Positions 45,344 through 54,978 of a stretch of DNA of 64,000 nucleotides are shown piece after piece. The notes under the pieces are model-generated. The model saw only the letters and a program-made list of their open reading frames with translations, ran no database searches and was not told the origin of the DNA. This DNA comes from Spirochaetia bacterium. GTDB taxonomy: Bacteria > Spirochaetota > Spirochaetia > UBA9216. The position numbers and the translations under genes were made by a program. The stretch's first letter is position 1. Each line of letters opens with the position of its first letter. The stretch is taken from assembly GCA_963675665.1 (NCBI GenBank), contig OY776510.1, positions 352,001 to 416,000 of the forward strand, in the 5' to 3' direction.

Positions 45344-46099
45344 TCAGTTGTCAAGCCTGATCTTTACCGATGAGACAATCTCCAATGCCGATGTTAAACC
45401 GTCCAGCTCATTTACAAGATCACCGTCACTTCCGTCCGCCGAACTCCTGCCTATAAGCTTCAACTCAACAGCGCCGGAATCGATTTCGGACGGGACAAAT
45501 TCAGCCGCATAAACAACCGCGGGTTGACCGCTGCCGTATTCACCTCCGGACCAGTTAGACGCTCTCGGAACTGCATCTGCAGGCCAGTTTTCATTGAAAT
45601 CGGTGGAATGATTAAATTCCGCGACTATCCTTACAGGAATGTTTTCGTCCGCCTGAGCCGGATTATAATAGACAGTTGAGCTTTTTGTTGCCGTTGCGGA
45701 AGTTACAGAATCGGGCAACGGCTCGTTACCACTCGGTAACATCAGGCCGTCGGAATAGCTGATACCTCTTCGAAACATCCAGTACGGCAACGCCTCTACG
45801 CGCCTGTTGCCTCCGTTAAAAATCCATTTCTCTTTTGCTATCTTTTCACTGACAACAACTGTATCAAGGTAGTTGCCGTCAAGATCTTCAATCCAGACTG
45901 CATACTGCGGAGGGTTTTTGGAATGGAATCCCGCAAAAAGCCGAAAGTCGTGAAGCCAGGCCTCACCGGCTTCTATTTCAATCATATATTTCCCTTCAGG
46001 AACACTTATAAGATCCCTGTTCCCGGCACAACTGCCTGCCAGCAGGCTGAAGATTGCCGTATTTACCAGCAATACCAAAATTAATTTCCTATTTTTCAT
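45344..46099 (-). CDS. Uncharacterised lipoprotein (DUF2271-like)
   Basis: Lipobox LAGSC; PQYAVWIED.DG.Y..T, LPYW, D.VTSAT, EFNHS.D, GQPAVVY. Confidence 0.65.
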   Translation of the reverse strand: MKNRKLILVLLVNTAIFSLLAGSCAGNRDLISVPEGKYMIEIEAGEAWLHDFRLFAGFHSKNPPQYAVWIEDLDGNYLDTVVVSEKIAKEKWIFNGGNRRVEALPYWMFRRGISYSDGLMLPSGNEPLPDSVTSATATKSSTVYYNPAQADENIPVRIVAEFNHSTDFNENWPADAVPRASNWSGGEYGSGQPAVVYAAEFVPSEIDSGAVELKLIGRSSADGSDGDLVNELDGLTSALEIVSSVKIRLDN

Positions 46100-46739
46100 T
46101 ATTGTCCTCCATTGTTCTGAAAATCATTTCCATCAGTTCTGTCCTGAAAATCATTTCCATCAGTTCCCCTACCGATTTTTTTATTCTGGACCACCCTTCT
46201 TCCGTTTCAAGACTGACTCCGTTGTACACCGGAGCATAATCCGCCTGTAAAGCCAGATAATATATTCCGGAGGTAATTACAGCTATGGTTGCGTGAATAT
46301 CTATTTCGGTAGAAGTTCCTTCGGCAAGAGCATTCGTCAGCATCAACCCCTGCTCTTCCGCTTTTTCCATTATCTTTTTACAGATCTTGTTTCCGGAAGA
46401 TATCTGCCATCTCAATAATTCTCTCATAACAGCAGAACTTCGGATTTCGTCAATCTGATCAGTTAAAACCGAAATCGCCGTTTCCCTTTTTTGTTGCAGA
46501 CTCATACGGTTCTTCAGTAATTCATCCATACCGCCTACCTTCTTAATCCAGTAGTTGTTATCTTCAGCCCAGCGCTGTATCAGGCCGTCAAAATCTCCGA
46601 AATAGCGGTAGATAAGCATCTTTGAGCATCCGGCTTTCTCAGCCACCCTGTTCACCCCTATCCCGGAAATTCCCGATTCAACCATCACGGAAGTAACGGC
46701 GTCAATCAGTCTTTGTTCAGTCTCGGTTCTGTTTTTCAT
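46089..46739 (-). CDS. TetR/AcrR family regulator
   Basis: GVNRVAEKAGCSKMLIYRYFG HTH. Confidence 0.9.
   Translation of the reverse strand: MKNRTETEQRLIDAVTSVMVESGISGIGVNRVAEKAGCSKMLIYRYFGDFDGLIQRWAEDNNYWIKKVGGMDELLKNRMSLQQKRETAISVLTDQIDEIRSSAVMRELLRWQISSGNKICKKIMEKAEEQGLMLTNALAEGTSTEIDIHATIAVITSGIYYLALQADYAPVYNGVSLETEEGWSRIKKSVGELMEMIFRTELMEMIFRTMEDNNEK
46113..46166. repeat. 27-bp in-frame tandem duplication at the TetR C-terminus
   Basis: TGTTCTGAAAATCATTTCCATCAGTTC / TGTCCTGAAAATCATTTCCATCAGTTC (26/27), encoding ELMEMIFRT twice. Confidence 0.9.
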
Positions 46740-46762
46740 GGATCTCCTCCGGTAACAGGCTC

Positions 46763-46791
46763 ATGTTACCATTCGGTAACATTAATGTCAA
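46763..46791 (-). promoter_or_regulatory. TetR autoregulated promoter/operator
   Basis: Palindrome ATGTTACC-ATTC-GGTAACAT (46763-46782) between minus-strand TTGACA (46791-46786) and TAACAT (46768-46763), 17-bp spacer. Confidence 0.7.
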
Positions 46792-46839
46792 CTGAAAAGC
46801 GAATAATGATGGAAAAGATTTAGAGTTAACAGGATTTAT

Positions 46840-47988
46840 TCAGCTGAACAGCTCAAGCTGTTCAAAATTTACGGGCCGGCGGTTGTCTTCAAGCGTCCGT
46901 GTAATATATTCGATATCAAGATGCAGCTCTTCTGAAAGACGTTTCAGCTGGTCCTCGGCCAGCAGATTTTCTTCGGCAAACAGGTAGATCAGAGCCTTCT
47001 CGGCTATACACGGAACATTAAGCGAATTCATACAGATAGGCTGGGCAGGTTCCGTATCAATGAAAGCCTCTTTCAAAACCTGATACAGCCGGGAACGCTC
47101 CATTTCATTCTTAATTGAAAACAGCTCCTGCTTCAGCGGATCAATATCACCCCGCGAGGCTGCCTGCCCAAGGGGTTTTAGCACAAGAAAGGTATAATCC
47201 TTGCCCGGCAGGTAATGGTGTTCATCACAACGCGTACAGTAATTCGGCTCAAGCGGGTTTTCCTTTACCGAATCACCGCCTATTACGATAAGCGGATCGA
47301 AATAAAGCGCCGGACATTCTTTTCCGTCAACAAGATAATAGCGGTATGTATAAAATGAATCTGCAATGCAGTCGTCATGTTCACAGTAGGCCGTCAGGGT
47401 AAAAACATCGGTTGAAACGCCGAGCAGAAACCTGGCTGCAGCATTGAAAATATCACGTCTGAAGTTCAAAATAAGAGTGGGAAAGATGAAATTCATACCG
47501 TACTGCTCGGAATAGCGGTTTACGACGTAGGCTATACGTTCGTCGTAGAAAGATGCTTCATCTATTATCCAGGTGCCTGTTTCGAGATGCTTTTCAATAA
47601 GCGCCTCAAGTTCAAAAGAGTCCCGGATTGCCGCGATGCTGCCTCCGCAGCGCTCATAGCCCCCTCGGTATGCAAGAGCATCTTCCGGGTAATCGGGAAA
47701 ACGTCCGGAATCAAGCGATGAACGGACAAAAAAGACACGGCGCCGGTCCGCTCCGGCAGTGGTCGTCAGTTCTGCTACTTCCTCGGATTTCATAAGCGCA
47801 ACACGTGAATCACGCCAGACACGGGAGGAAAATTCCGTTTTCCCTGATCCCATCGGACCTATAACCAGAATCCGTCGGGATGGGCGTGTGAAATCATGGT
47901 GATTGTTCGAATTATGAACATTAACAACCGGAAAGCCTAGGCTCTTTAAAAAACGTTCGGTTTCCGGGTTCCGTTTCGATTCAACCAA
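46840..47988 (-). CDS. tdk: Thymidine kinase, long spirochaete-type form
   Basis: GPMGSGKT P-loop, IIDEA, LTAYC...C, IGGD...YCTRC..H. Confidence 0.8.
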   Translation of the reverse strand: MVESKRNPETERFLKSLGFPVVNVHNSNNHHDFTRPSRRILVIGPMGSGKTEFSSRVWRDSRVALMKSEEVAELTTTAGADRRRVFFVRSSLDSGRFPDYPEDALAYRGGYERCGGSIAAIRDSFELEALIEKHLETGTWIIDEASFYDERIAYVVNRYSEQYGMNFIFPTLILNFRRDIFNAAARFLLGVSTDVFTLTAYCEHDDCIADSFYTYRYYLVDGKECPALYFDPLIVIGGDSVKENPLEPNYCTRCDEHHYLPGKDYTFLVLKPLGQAASRGDIDPLKQELFSIKNEMERSRLYQVLKEAFIDTEPAQPICMNSLNVPCIAEKALIYLFAEENLLAEDQLKRLSEELHLDIEYITRTLEDNRRPVNFEQLELFS

Positions 47989-48859
47989 TTTCTACTCCGT
48001 TATACCCTTTCAAAAAATCTATCAGAACCCTGTCGCGATCGCCGGATTCCGCATAGTCATTTATAAATTTATCATACCATATTCTAACATGTTTACGGAC
48101 TTTATCTACTTCTTTAATTCCCTTGGCGTCATCAACAAACATCTCATCGATAAAACGATCAGCCCATTCTTTCCGAAAGCTTTCAAAAAGAACTGAATTC
48201 ATATAGTAGCCGGCGGGGATGCAGTTTACGCTGTGCTGCTTAACCAGAAGCACCGATTCAATAATCTCAAGGGCGTTTTTAAAAACCCAGCCGGTTTCAG
48301 CGGTGAAATCTGCCGGATTATCAGCGTGTTTTTCAATAAGCTCGCAGGCTATAAAAGCGGTATAGGCGCATACCATGACGTGAAGACTCGGAACACAGTG
48401 CAGATGCGGGTCAAAAGCATGGATGACAATAAAATGAAAATTAGCAGTTACTGGCGGCCGGCTTGTAGTCGACTGGCACCTTTTGTATACATCCCCGGCG
48501 GCGTTGTACATCAACGCCATATCATTAACAAAAGCAGCTACGTCTAAAACAGCCTTTCTTCCGAACGTTTTAAGAAGCCACCCGGCGGTCTGCATCCAGA
48601 AAACGGTAAATGTATTATAAAGCCCCACCCATGAAGGATCAAAAGGAATATTCCGGTCCAGCTGATGATCAACATTAACAACAGGCCTTGTTTTGGGAAA
48701 AAGAACCGTCTGTATCTGCAGAAAAAAGAATTTTGTAAAAATAGCGGCTAAAGTTTTGCCGAGCCCTGCCAGTATTCGGGGCATGAATAAAGCGGATATC
48801 CATAAAAAAACCGGAGTAGTTTTCAGTATTCCATTTTTATTCTGGTTTCTTTTTTTCAT
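47981..48859 (-). CDS. Hypothetical protein with PAP2-like motifs
   Basis: DPHLHCVPSLHV and LLVKQHS resemble PAP2-superfamily C2/C3 motifs; overlaps the tdk start. Confidence 0.5.
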   Translation of the reverse strand: MKKRNQNKNGILKTTPVFLWISALFMPRILAGLGKTLAAIFTKFFFLQIQTVLFPKTRPVVNVDHQLDRNIPFDPSWVGLYNTFTVFWMQTAGWLLKTFGRKAVLDVAAFVNDMALMYNAAGDVYKRCQSTTSRPPVTANFHFIVIHAFDPHLHCVPSLHVMVCAYTAFIACELIEKHADNPADFTAETGWVFKNALEIIESVLLVKQHSVNCIPAGYYMNSVLFESFRKEWADRFIDEMFVDDAKGIKEVDKVRKHVRIWYDKFINDYAESGDRDRVLIDFLKGYNGVEIG

Positions 48860-48911
48860 TCCATCAGATTTATAGCCCGCAACCGGTAAAAAATCAAGGC
48901 TTTTTGATCCA

Positions 48912-48940
48912 TTGACTATACGCCGGGCAATTGTTATTTT
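48912..48940 (+). promoter_or_regulatory. Sigma70 promoter of the Nudix gene (probably leaderless)
   Basis: TTGACT (48912), 17-bp spacer, TGT-TATTTT (hexamer 48935-48940); ATG at 48948, no SD. Confidence 0.5.
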
Positions 48941-48947
48941 CTAATTC

Positions 48948-49889
48948 ATGATAGCAGAGAAACTTACTGAACCCGTCTTCTGGGTGCTTGCAGCCACAGC
49001 CATTCTTAATATAATGCAAAGAAGACACCATAAACACTGTGTTAAGAAGAGAACCTCCACCCTTATATGGGCTGTAATGGTGTTCGCTTTTTATGTAATT
49101 GTAATAGTAGTCGCTTCGAACGAAAAGATATCGGACTATTTTCTCATCGCCGGTGTAGCCGGTGTGGGAATAGCGCTATATTTTCTTCGTGAAAAAGCAT
49201 TGCCGTACAAGATCAAATGTACATCCTGCGGGGAAAGAATGAACTTCGACAGGATCCTGTACTACGATTCGAATATGTGCGAGAAATGCGATCCTCCCGT
49301 TGAAGAGGAAGAACCGAAACCCGGTTTCCTTTCGAAATTCATGAAGCCGCCCGAAGCTCCCGAACCGGAACCGGAAGAACCGGTTGTCGTTCCCGATACC
49401 GTCGATGAGGTTGACTGGGACAGCTGGAAATTCACCGAACAGGCAGTGATTTGTTATATCAAGGATCCTGGCAAAAACCAGGTTCTGCTAATCAACAAAA
49501 AAACCGGCCTGGGCGCGGGCAAGGTAAATGCCCCCGGCGGAAGAATTGAACCCGGTGAAATGCCTCTTGAAGCGGTTGTCCGTGAATGTCAGGAAGAAGT
49601 AGGCCTTACCCCGACAGATCCTGTTCATATCGGAGATCTCTATTTCATATTCAAAAACGGCCATTCGCTTCGCGGCTTTGTATATACCGCCGAGGCCTTC
49701 GAGGGAGAATTGATCGAAACGGATGAAGCCGAGCCGTTCTGGTGTGAGATGGACAGAATACCGTACGATAAAATGTGGGCAGACGATGAATTGTGGCTTG
49801 AAAAAGCCCTCAGCGGAGTCAGCATCAGCGGACGTTTCATCTTTGATGAAGACGAAATGCTCAGCGATGACGTTAAGATTGAAGAATAA
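48948..49889 (+). CDS. Membrane-anchored Nudix hydrolase (MTH1/8-oxo-dGTPase-like) with N-terminal TM and Zn-ribbon region
   Basis: Three hydrophobic segments, CTSC...CEKC, Pro/Glu linker, KKTGLGAGKVNAPGGRIEPGE...RECQEEVGL Nudix box, IPYDKMWADD. Confidence 0.82.
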   Translation: MIAEKLTEPVFWVLAATAILNIMQRRHHKHCVKKRTSTLIWAVMVFAFYVIVIVVASNEKISDYFLIAGVAGVGIALYFLREKALPYKIKCTSCGERMNFDRILYYDSNMCEKCDPPVEEEEPKPGFLSKFMKPPEAPEPEPEEPVVVPDTVDEVDWDSWKFTEQAVICYIKDPGKNQVLLINKKTGLGAGKVNAPGGRIEPGEMPLEAVVRECQEEVGLTPTDPVHIGDLYFIFKNGHSLRGFVYTAEAFEGELIETDEAEPFWCEMDRIPYDKMWADDELWLEKALSGVSISGRFIFDEDEMLSDDVKIEE

Positions 49890-49912
49890 CATGCAACATT
49901 GCAGGAGAAGAA

Positions 49913-51085
49913 ATGTACTGTATTAAAACTCTGAATAAAATTTCCAAAAAAGGCCTGAATCTTTTTGATTACAGCAAGTATTCCGTTGACGGTACCGAAG
50001 ATTTCACAGACGCAATAATTTTACGCAGCTTTAAAATGCACGATATGGAAATACCCGCAGGGTTGAAAACGGTTGCGCGTGCCGGGGCAGGCACCAATAA
50101 TATTCCGGTATCTGATTATACCGAAAAAGGTATTGTAGTTTTCAATACCCCCGGGGCAAACGCCAACAGCGTCAAGGAACTGGTTCTGATGAGCCTTTTC
50201 ATATCTTCCCGCAAGATCATCCGCGGCGTTTCCTGGGCCAATGAGCTACTCGGCAAGGGCGAGGAAGTTCCAAAACTTATTGAAAAGGGCAAATCCAATT
50301 TCAGCGGCAGCGAAATCAAAGGGAAAACACTGGGGGTTATCGGACTTGGGGCGATAGGCGTAATGGTTGCAAATGATGCTATCGCTCTGGGAATGAACGT
50401 AATCGGGTATGATCCCTATATTTCAATTGACGCGGCCTGGGGACTTTCACGACAGGTGAAAAAATCCGAAAATCTGGAATCTCTTCTTTCCAAATGTGAT
50501 TACCTTACAATGCACATGCCCCTGAACGATTCGACAATAGATTTTCTTAACGATGATACTCTTGCAATGATGAAAAAGGGCGTTAAAATTCTTAACTTTT
50601 CGCGCGGAGGGCTGGTCGACAATAAAGCAATAAAACGGGCCATCGACAACGGGACTGTAGATCGTTACGTTACTGACTTTCCCGAAGAAGAACTGCTCGG
50701 TATTGAAAATGTAATCCCGATTCCCCATCTTGGAGCATCTACACCTGAAGCCGAGGAAAACTGTGCCGTAATGGCTGTCAACCAGTTGATGGACTTTCTT
50801 GAAACCGGAAACATTAAAAATTCCGTGAATTTCCCTGACTGCCGGATGGATATGAACGGAGAAACCAGGATAACAATAGGGAACCGCAATGTACCCAACA
50901 TGGTAGGCCAGATATCTTCGGTACTTGCCGATGCGGGCCTTAATATTGCCAATATGATTAATCGCAATAAAGGTAATTATGCCTACAATATAATCGATAT
51001 CGACGGGAAGGTTCAGGAGAACGTTATTAAAAAAATTGAAGATATCGACGGTGTTATTTTTACCAGAATAATAAACGGAAAATAG
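49913..51085 (+). CDS. serA: D-3-phosphoglycerate dehydrogenase with ACT domain
   Basis: RAGAGTNNI, NTPGANANSVKEL, GVIGLGAIG, NFSRG, PHLGASTPEAEENCA, N.NVPNMVGQIS. Confidence 0.9.
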   Translation: MYCIKTLNKISKKGLNLFDYSKYSVDGTEDFTDAIILRSFKMHDMEIPAGLKTVARAGAGTNNIPVSDYTEKGIVVFNTPGANANSVKELVLMSLFISSRKIIRGVSWANELLGKGEEVPKLIEKGKSNFSGSEIKGKTLGVIGLGAIGVMVANDAIALGMNVIGYDPYISIDAAWGLSRQVKKSENLESLLSKCDYLTMHMPLNDSTIDFLNDDTLAMMKKGVKILNFSRGGLVDNKAIKRAIDNGTVDRYVTDFPEEELLGIENVIPIPHLGASTPEAEENCAVMAVNQLMDFLETGNIKNSVNFPDCRMDMNGETRITIGNRNVPNMVGQISSVLADAGLNIANMINRNKGNYAYNIIDIDGKVQENVIKKIEDIDGVIFTRIINGK

Positions 51086-51100
51086 ACAAGGGGAGGATAA

Positions 51101-52174
51101 ATGCTGAAAAGAAAAAATACAGCCGTCCTGTTGGTTGTTCTTTCATTTTTTATTATTTCCTGCGCCGCCGCTGATAAGGGAAAAACATCAGTTGCGACAG
51201 AAAAAACAACCAAAACAGAAAAGGAGGCGCAAATGGCGCTTAACGACGGTCTTTATGCTGAAATGAAAACAAGCAGAGGAACTATTTTGCTTGAACTGGA
51301 GTTTGAGAAAACCCCGATGACGGTAACAAACTTTGTGGGTCTGGCTGAAGGCACTATCAAAAACTCAAAGGGCGACGGGCCTTTTTACGACGGACTTAAA
51401 TTTCACAGGGTTATAGACAACTTTATGATTCAGGGCGGATGCCCACTTGGAACAGGGACCGGCGATCCCGGCTATAAATTTCCGGACGAATTTGATCCCA
51501 GTCTTAAACATACCGGACCCGGAATTCTGTCCATGGCAAACAGCGGCCCCGGCACCAACGGAAGCCAGTTTTTTATTACACACGTAAAAACCGACTGGCT
51601 TGACGGAAAACACACAGTCTTCGGCCATGTTGTTGAAGGTCAGGATGTAGTCAATTCAATCAAACAGGGCGACACAATAGAGAAAATCACTATTATCAGG
51701 CAGGGCGCCGGGGCAGAAGCGTTCAAGGCGGATCAGGAGTCTTTCAACGCTCTTGTGGCTGAATATGCCGCGAAAGCAAAAGCAGCGCTTGATGCCGAAC
51801 GCAAGGCTGAACTCGATCTGATAAAATCAAACTGGCCCAATGCCGTTGAAACCGATTCCGGGCTGCGTTACATTGTTGAAAAGGAAGGCGACGGGGGGAA
51901 AAGTCCTTCGATGGGGACTTCTGTTACAACACACTATACAGGCACCCTTCTTGACGGCACAAAATTCGACAGTTCCGTCGATCGCGGCGAGCCTGCAACC
52001 TTTAAAATAGGACAGGTTATCCAGGGTTGGAATGAAGCCCTTATGGATATGACCAAAGGTGAGAAACGGACCCTTATAATACCGCCCGAACTCGGATACG
52101 GCGAACGCGGTTATCCCGGAGTAATTCCTGCAAATGCATATCTTGTATTTGAGGTTGAACTGCTGGATTTTTAA
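51101..52174 (+). CDS. Dual cyclophilin-FKBP peptidyl-prolyl isomerase with lipoprotein signal
   Basis: Lipobox FIISC; cyclophilin [13 protein letters not shown]...[16 protein letters not shown]...LDGKHTVFG; FKBP HYTGTL.DG.KFDSS...VIQGW...IPPELGYG...LVFEVELL. Confidence 0.93.
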   Translation: MLKRKNTAVLLVVLSFFIISCAAADKGKTSVATEKTTKTEKEAQMALNDGLYAEMKTSRGTILLELEFEKTPMTVTNFVGLAEGTIKNSKGDGPFYDGLKFHRVIDNFMIQGGCPLGTGTGDPGYKFPDEFDPSLKHTGPGILSMANSGPGTNGSQFFITHVKTDWLDGKHTVFGHVVEGQDVVNSIKQGDTIEKITIIRQGAGAEAFKADQESFNALVAEYAAKAKAALDAERKAELDLIKSNWPNAVETDSGLRYIVEKEGDGGKSPSMGTSVTTHYTGTLLDGTKFDSSVDRGEPATFKIGQVIQGWNEALMDMTKGEKRTLIIPPELGYGERGYPGVIPANAYLVFEVELLDF

Positions 52175-52196
52175 TCAAACAATAACGGTATTTTTC

Positions 52197-52227
52197 AGGC
52201 TGCCTGTAAACAGGCAGCCTTTTTTTT
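52197..52227 (+). terminator. Rho-independent terminator after the PPIase gene
   Basis: AGGCTGCCTGT-AA-ACAGGCAGCCT followed by T7; lies between convergent genes. Confidence 0.85.
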
Positions 52228-52237
52228 GGATTTTAAA

Positions 52238-53854
52238 TTATTCCTCTGCTTCTGTTAAATATTTTACCAGCGTCCTCTTTACCGCGCCTGCGGCAGAAAT
52301 TAATTCCAGAAACATCTTCTCCACCTTAATTCCCAACCCGTGATCATAAAGATTAATTCCAAAAATATCTTCCCTTGATAAAAGTGCCCTGATCCTTCCG
52401 TCTTTCAGCTCAGTATCACCAAGATTGATACCTGTCAGATATTCGCGCAAACAGTCAATATTCGGATCCGGACTCAGGGTAAACTCTTCACCGTTATCAT
52501 CAACAGCCATAAGATAACGCAGCCAGCCGGCAAAGAATAGCGGTATATATATCAACCCGGATAAGTCTGCTTCACTTTTCCTGATATAAGATTTAAGTGT
52601 TTCTCCGAACCTTATCGGTATTTTTTTCGACGTATCCGAGGCAATTCTCTGCGGGGTATCCGGAAGAAACGGGTTTGGGAACCTTTTTTCAATAACTTCT
52701 TTGATAAAATCAGCAGAATTGATAACGCCTGGCTCTTCCACAACCGGAAGCCCCTCAACATAACCTATCTTTTCTATTAGCCCCTTTAAAACAGGGTCAG
52801 TCATTTCATCCGCAATAGACGTATATCCCAAAAGACAGCCGAAAACAGCAAGAGCCGTATGCAACGGGTTGAGACAGGTGCAGACTTTCATCTTCTCGAT
52901 CTTATCAATAACATCCCTGTTTGAAATAATTATGCCGGCATGCTCAAAAGGCAGGCGACCGTTAGGAAAAACATCCTCGATGGCCAGGTACTCGGCTTCT
53001 TCAGTATTTACAAAAGCTGCAGTATATGTATTTCGGTTCGTTATGATTTCATTAATATCTTCCAGGCCATCTGCTTCAAGGCTACGGCGCACCTGCTCCG
53101 AAGGCCTGGGCGTAATTTTGTCTATCATACTCCAGTTATAAGAAATCAATTTTTTATTATTAAGGTAATCCAAAAACCCGTGATCATATAACCCCAGGGA
53201 TGAACCTCTTTCTGCAACAGATAATATCCCCTCCTTTAAAACCGTTCCGTTATGGCTGAAATTGTCCATACTGACAAGGGCCAGGGGAAACTGTCCGCTT
53301 CTATAGCGTTCATAACACAGGTCTGTTATCATTTGAATTGTATTTTTATATACACCGCCGCGGGCCTTCCAACACTCTTCGATATCAACGGAAATACTAT
53401 CTGTTTTTTCATCTTTTACGGCATAGCCTTTTTCCGTGATTGTCAGTGTAACTATCTGCAATGACGGGTTCCTTATAATCTCAACCAGCCGCCTGTAATC
53501 CGAGCAGGCTTTAAGGCTTTCCGCAACACTGGCTACAATATTTTTTTCTATTTCTCCGGTATTCTTTAAAGTAACTACAACAGAGAGATTGTCATAAGCC
53601 CTGTATGCCTTATCGATCAGCTCTTCATCGAAAGCTTCGCATACAATAATTCCTGTTTTACTTAAATTATTATTCAACAGATTCTGCTGAACAACCGCCG
53701 GGAAAGCTCTGAAAATATTGCCGGCGCCTATATGAAGCCATTCCGGCCGCTCAATAGTATTTTTCCATACTTCTTCAACCGGATATTGCGGCAGGTTGTA
53801 TCCTTTTTCTCTCCAGAAGTCACTGTTCTTCAAACCTTCAACCGATAATTTCAT
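52238..53854 (-). CDS. uxuB: Mannitol dehydrogenase family protein (D-mannonate oxidoreductase-like)
   Basis: WLHIGAGNIFRAF, LTITEKGY, SMDN, MIDKITPRP, EKMKVCTCLNPLHT, DTPQRIA.D.S.K; follows uxuA. Start at MKLSVE. Confidence 0.85.
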   Translation of the reverse strand: MKLSVEGLKNSDFWREKGYNLPQYPVEEVWKNTIERPEWLHIGAGNIFRAFPAVVQQNLLNNNLSKTGIIVCEAFDEELIDKAYRAYDNLSVVVTLKNTGEIEKNIVASVAESLKACSDYRRLVEIIRNPSLQIVTLTITEKGYAVKDEKTDSISVDIEECWKARGGVYKNTIQMITDLCYERYRSGQFPLALVSMDNFSHNGTVLKEGILSVAERGSSLGLYDHGFLDYLNNKKLISYNWSMIDKITPRPSEQVRRSLEADGLEDINEIITNRNTYTAAFVNTEEAEYLAIEDVFPNGRLPFEHAGIIISNRDVIDKIEKMKVCTCLNPLHTALAVFGCLLGYTSIADEMTDPVLKGLIEKIGYVEGLPVVEEPGVINSADFIKEVIEKRFPNPFLPDTPQRIASDTSKKIPIRFGETLKSYIRKSEADLSGLIYIPLFFAGWLRYLMAVDDNGEEFTLSPDPNIDCLREYLTGINLGDTELKDGRIRALLSREDIFGINLYDHGLGIKVEKMFLELISAAGAVKRTLVKYLTEAEE

Positions 53855-53855
53855 T

Positions 53856-54923
53856 TTAACCAGCCTGTTTCCTGACAGCCTCATACAAACCCAGAAGATA
53901 TTGCGCTCCCAGGGCCCTGTCATACAAACCGTATCCGGGCATGGCTTTCTCTCCCCAGATCGCCCGGCCGTGATCAGGGCGAACAGGACCGTCGAAACCT
54001 GTCTCATGGAAAGCCTTTACGATTTCATACATATCCAGCGAGCCGTCTTCAGACAAATGAGCCGATTCTTCAAATATTCCGGGTCCGGTATGCTTTGTGT
54101 TTCGAATATGAGCAAAATGTATTCTGCCCTTTAACGCTCTTATTATTTCCGGTATATCATTTTCCGGATTCGTACTTAAAGAACCGGTACATAGGGTAAT
54201 ACCATTATAATCACTATTGACCATACCTGTTAAAGACTGTAAATCCGAAAGGTTTTTCACTATTCTCGGCAATCCGAAAACGCTCCATGCAGGATCATCA
54301 ATATGAACAGCCATTTTTACTCCGTACTTTTCACATGTCGGCATAATTCCTTCAAGGAAATATTTCAGATTTTTTCTGATTTTTTCTTCATCTATATCAT
54401 TGTACAGTTCAAACAGCTCTTTTATTTTTGACATCCGCTCCGGCTCCCACCCGGGCATCATAAAGCCATTTGACGATTGATCTATCTGCTTAAACATTTT
54501 ATCCGGATCTATCGAATCAACCTTCAGCTGATCATAGGCGAGAACAGTGGACAAATCATCCCGAACCTTCGCGAGATCAGATCTTACCCAGTCAAACACA
54601 CCCATAAAATTATAACAAACCATATGTATGCCTGAATTTGAAAGCTTTTTCAGGGTATTGTTATACCTTTCAATATGCAGATCCCGCAACTCACTGCCTA
54701 CTTTAATTTCATCCGATATATTTAAACTTTCTATCCCGTATATCTCAAGACCTGAATCTTCAACGGTTTTTTTCAGGGCTTCTATTTCTTCAGAAGGCCA
54801 TTCTTCTCCGGCGGTTCGTCCGTAAAGGGTGGTAATCACCCCTTTAACACCTGGAATTTGTCGGATGTTTTTCAGCGGCACGGAATCGAATCCGGGCCCA
54901 AACCATCGCAAACTCATTAACAT
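53856..54923 (-). CDS. uxuA: Mannonate dehydratase
   Basis: LRWFG, QIPGV, CYNFM.VFDW.R, H.DDP, LCTGS, HFAH.RN, RPDHGR, PGYGLYDRALG. Confidence 0.95.
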   Translation of the reverse strand: MLMSLRWFGPGFDSVPLKNIRQIPGVKGVITTLYGRTAGEEWPSEEIEALKKTVEDSGLEIYGIESLNISDEIKVGSELRDLHIERYNNTLKKLSNSGIHMVCYNFMGVFDWVRSDLAKVRDDLSTVLAYDQLKVDSIDPDKMFKQIDQSSNGFMMPGWEPERMSKIKELFELYNDIDEEKIRKNLKYFLEGIMPTCEKYGVKMAVHIDDPAWSVFGLPRIVKNLSDLQSLTGMVNSDYNGITLCTGSLSTNPENDIPEIIRALKGRIHFAHIRNTKHTGPGIFEESAHLSEDGSLDMYEIVKAFHETGFDGPVRPDHGRAIWGEKAMPGYGLYDRALGAQYLLGLYEAVRKQAG

Positions 54924-54978
54924 ATACCTATCTCCTTAATCTCAAAATAATTAGAGATATTATTCAATATTCGAAAAT

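Noticed and set aside
46840-47988. Unusually long thymidine kinase as a novel fusion
   Set aside because: From recall, long-form Tdk is typical of spirochaetes; no separate domain is recognisable.
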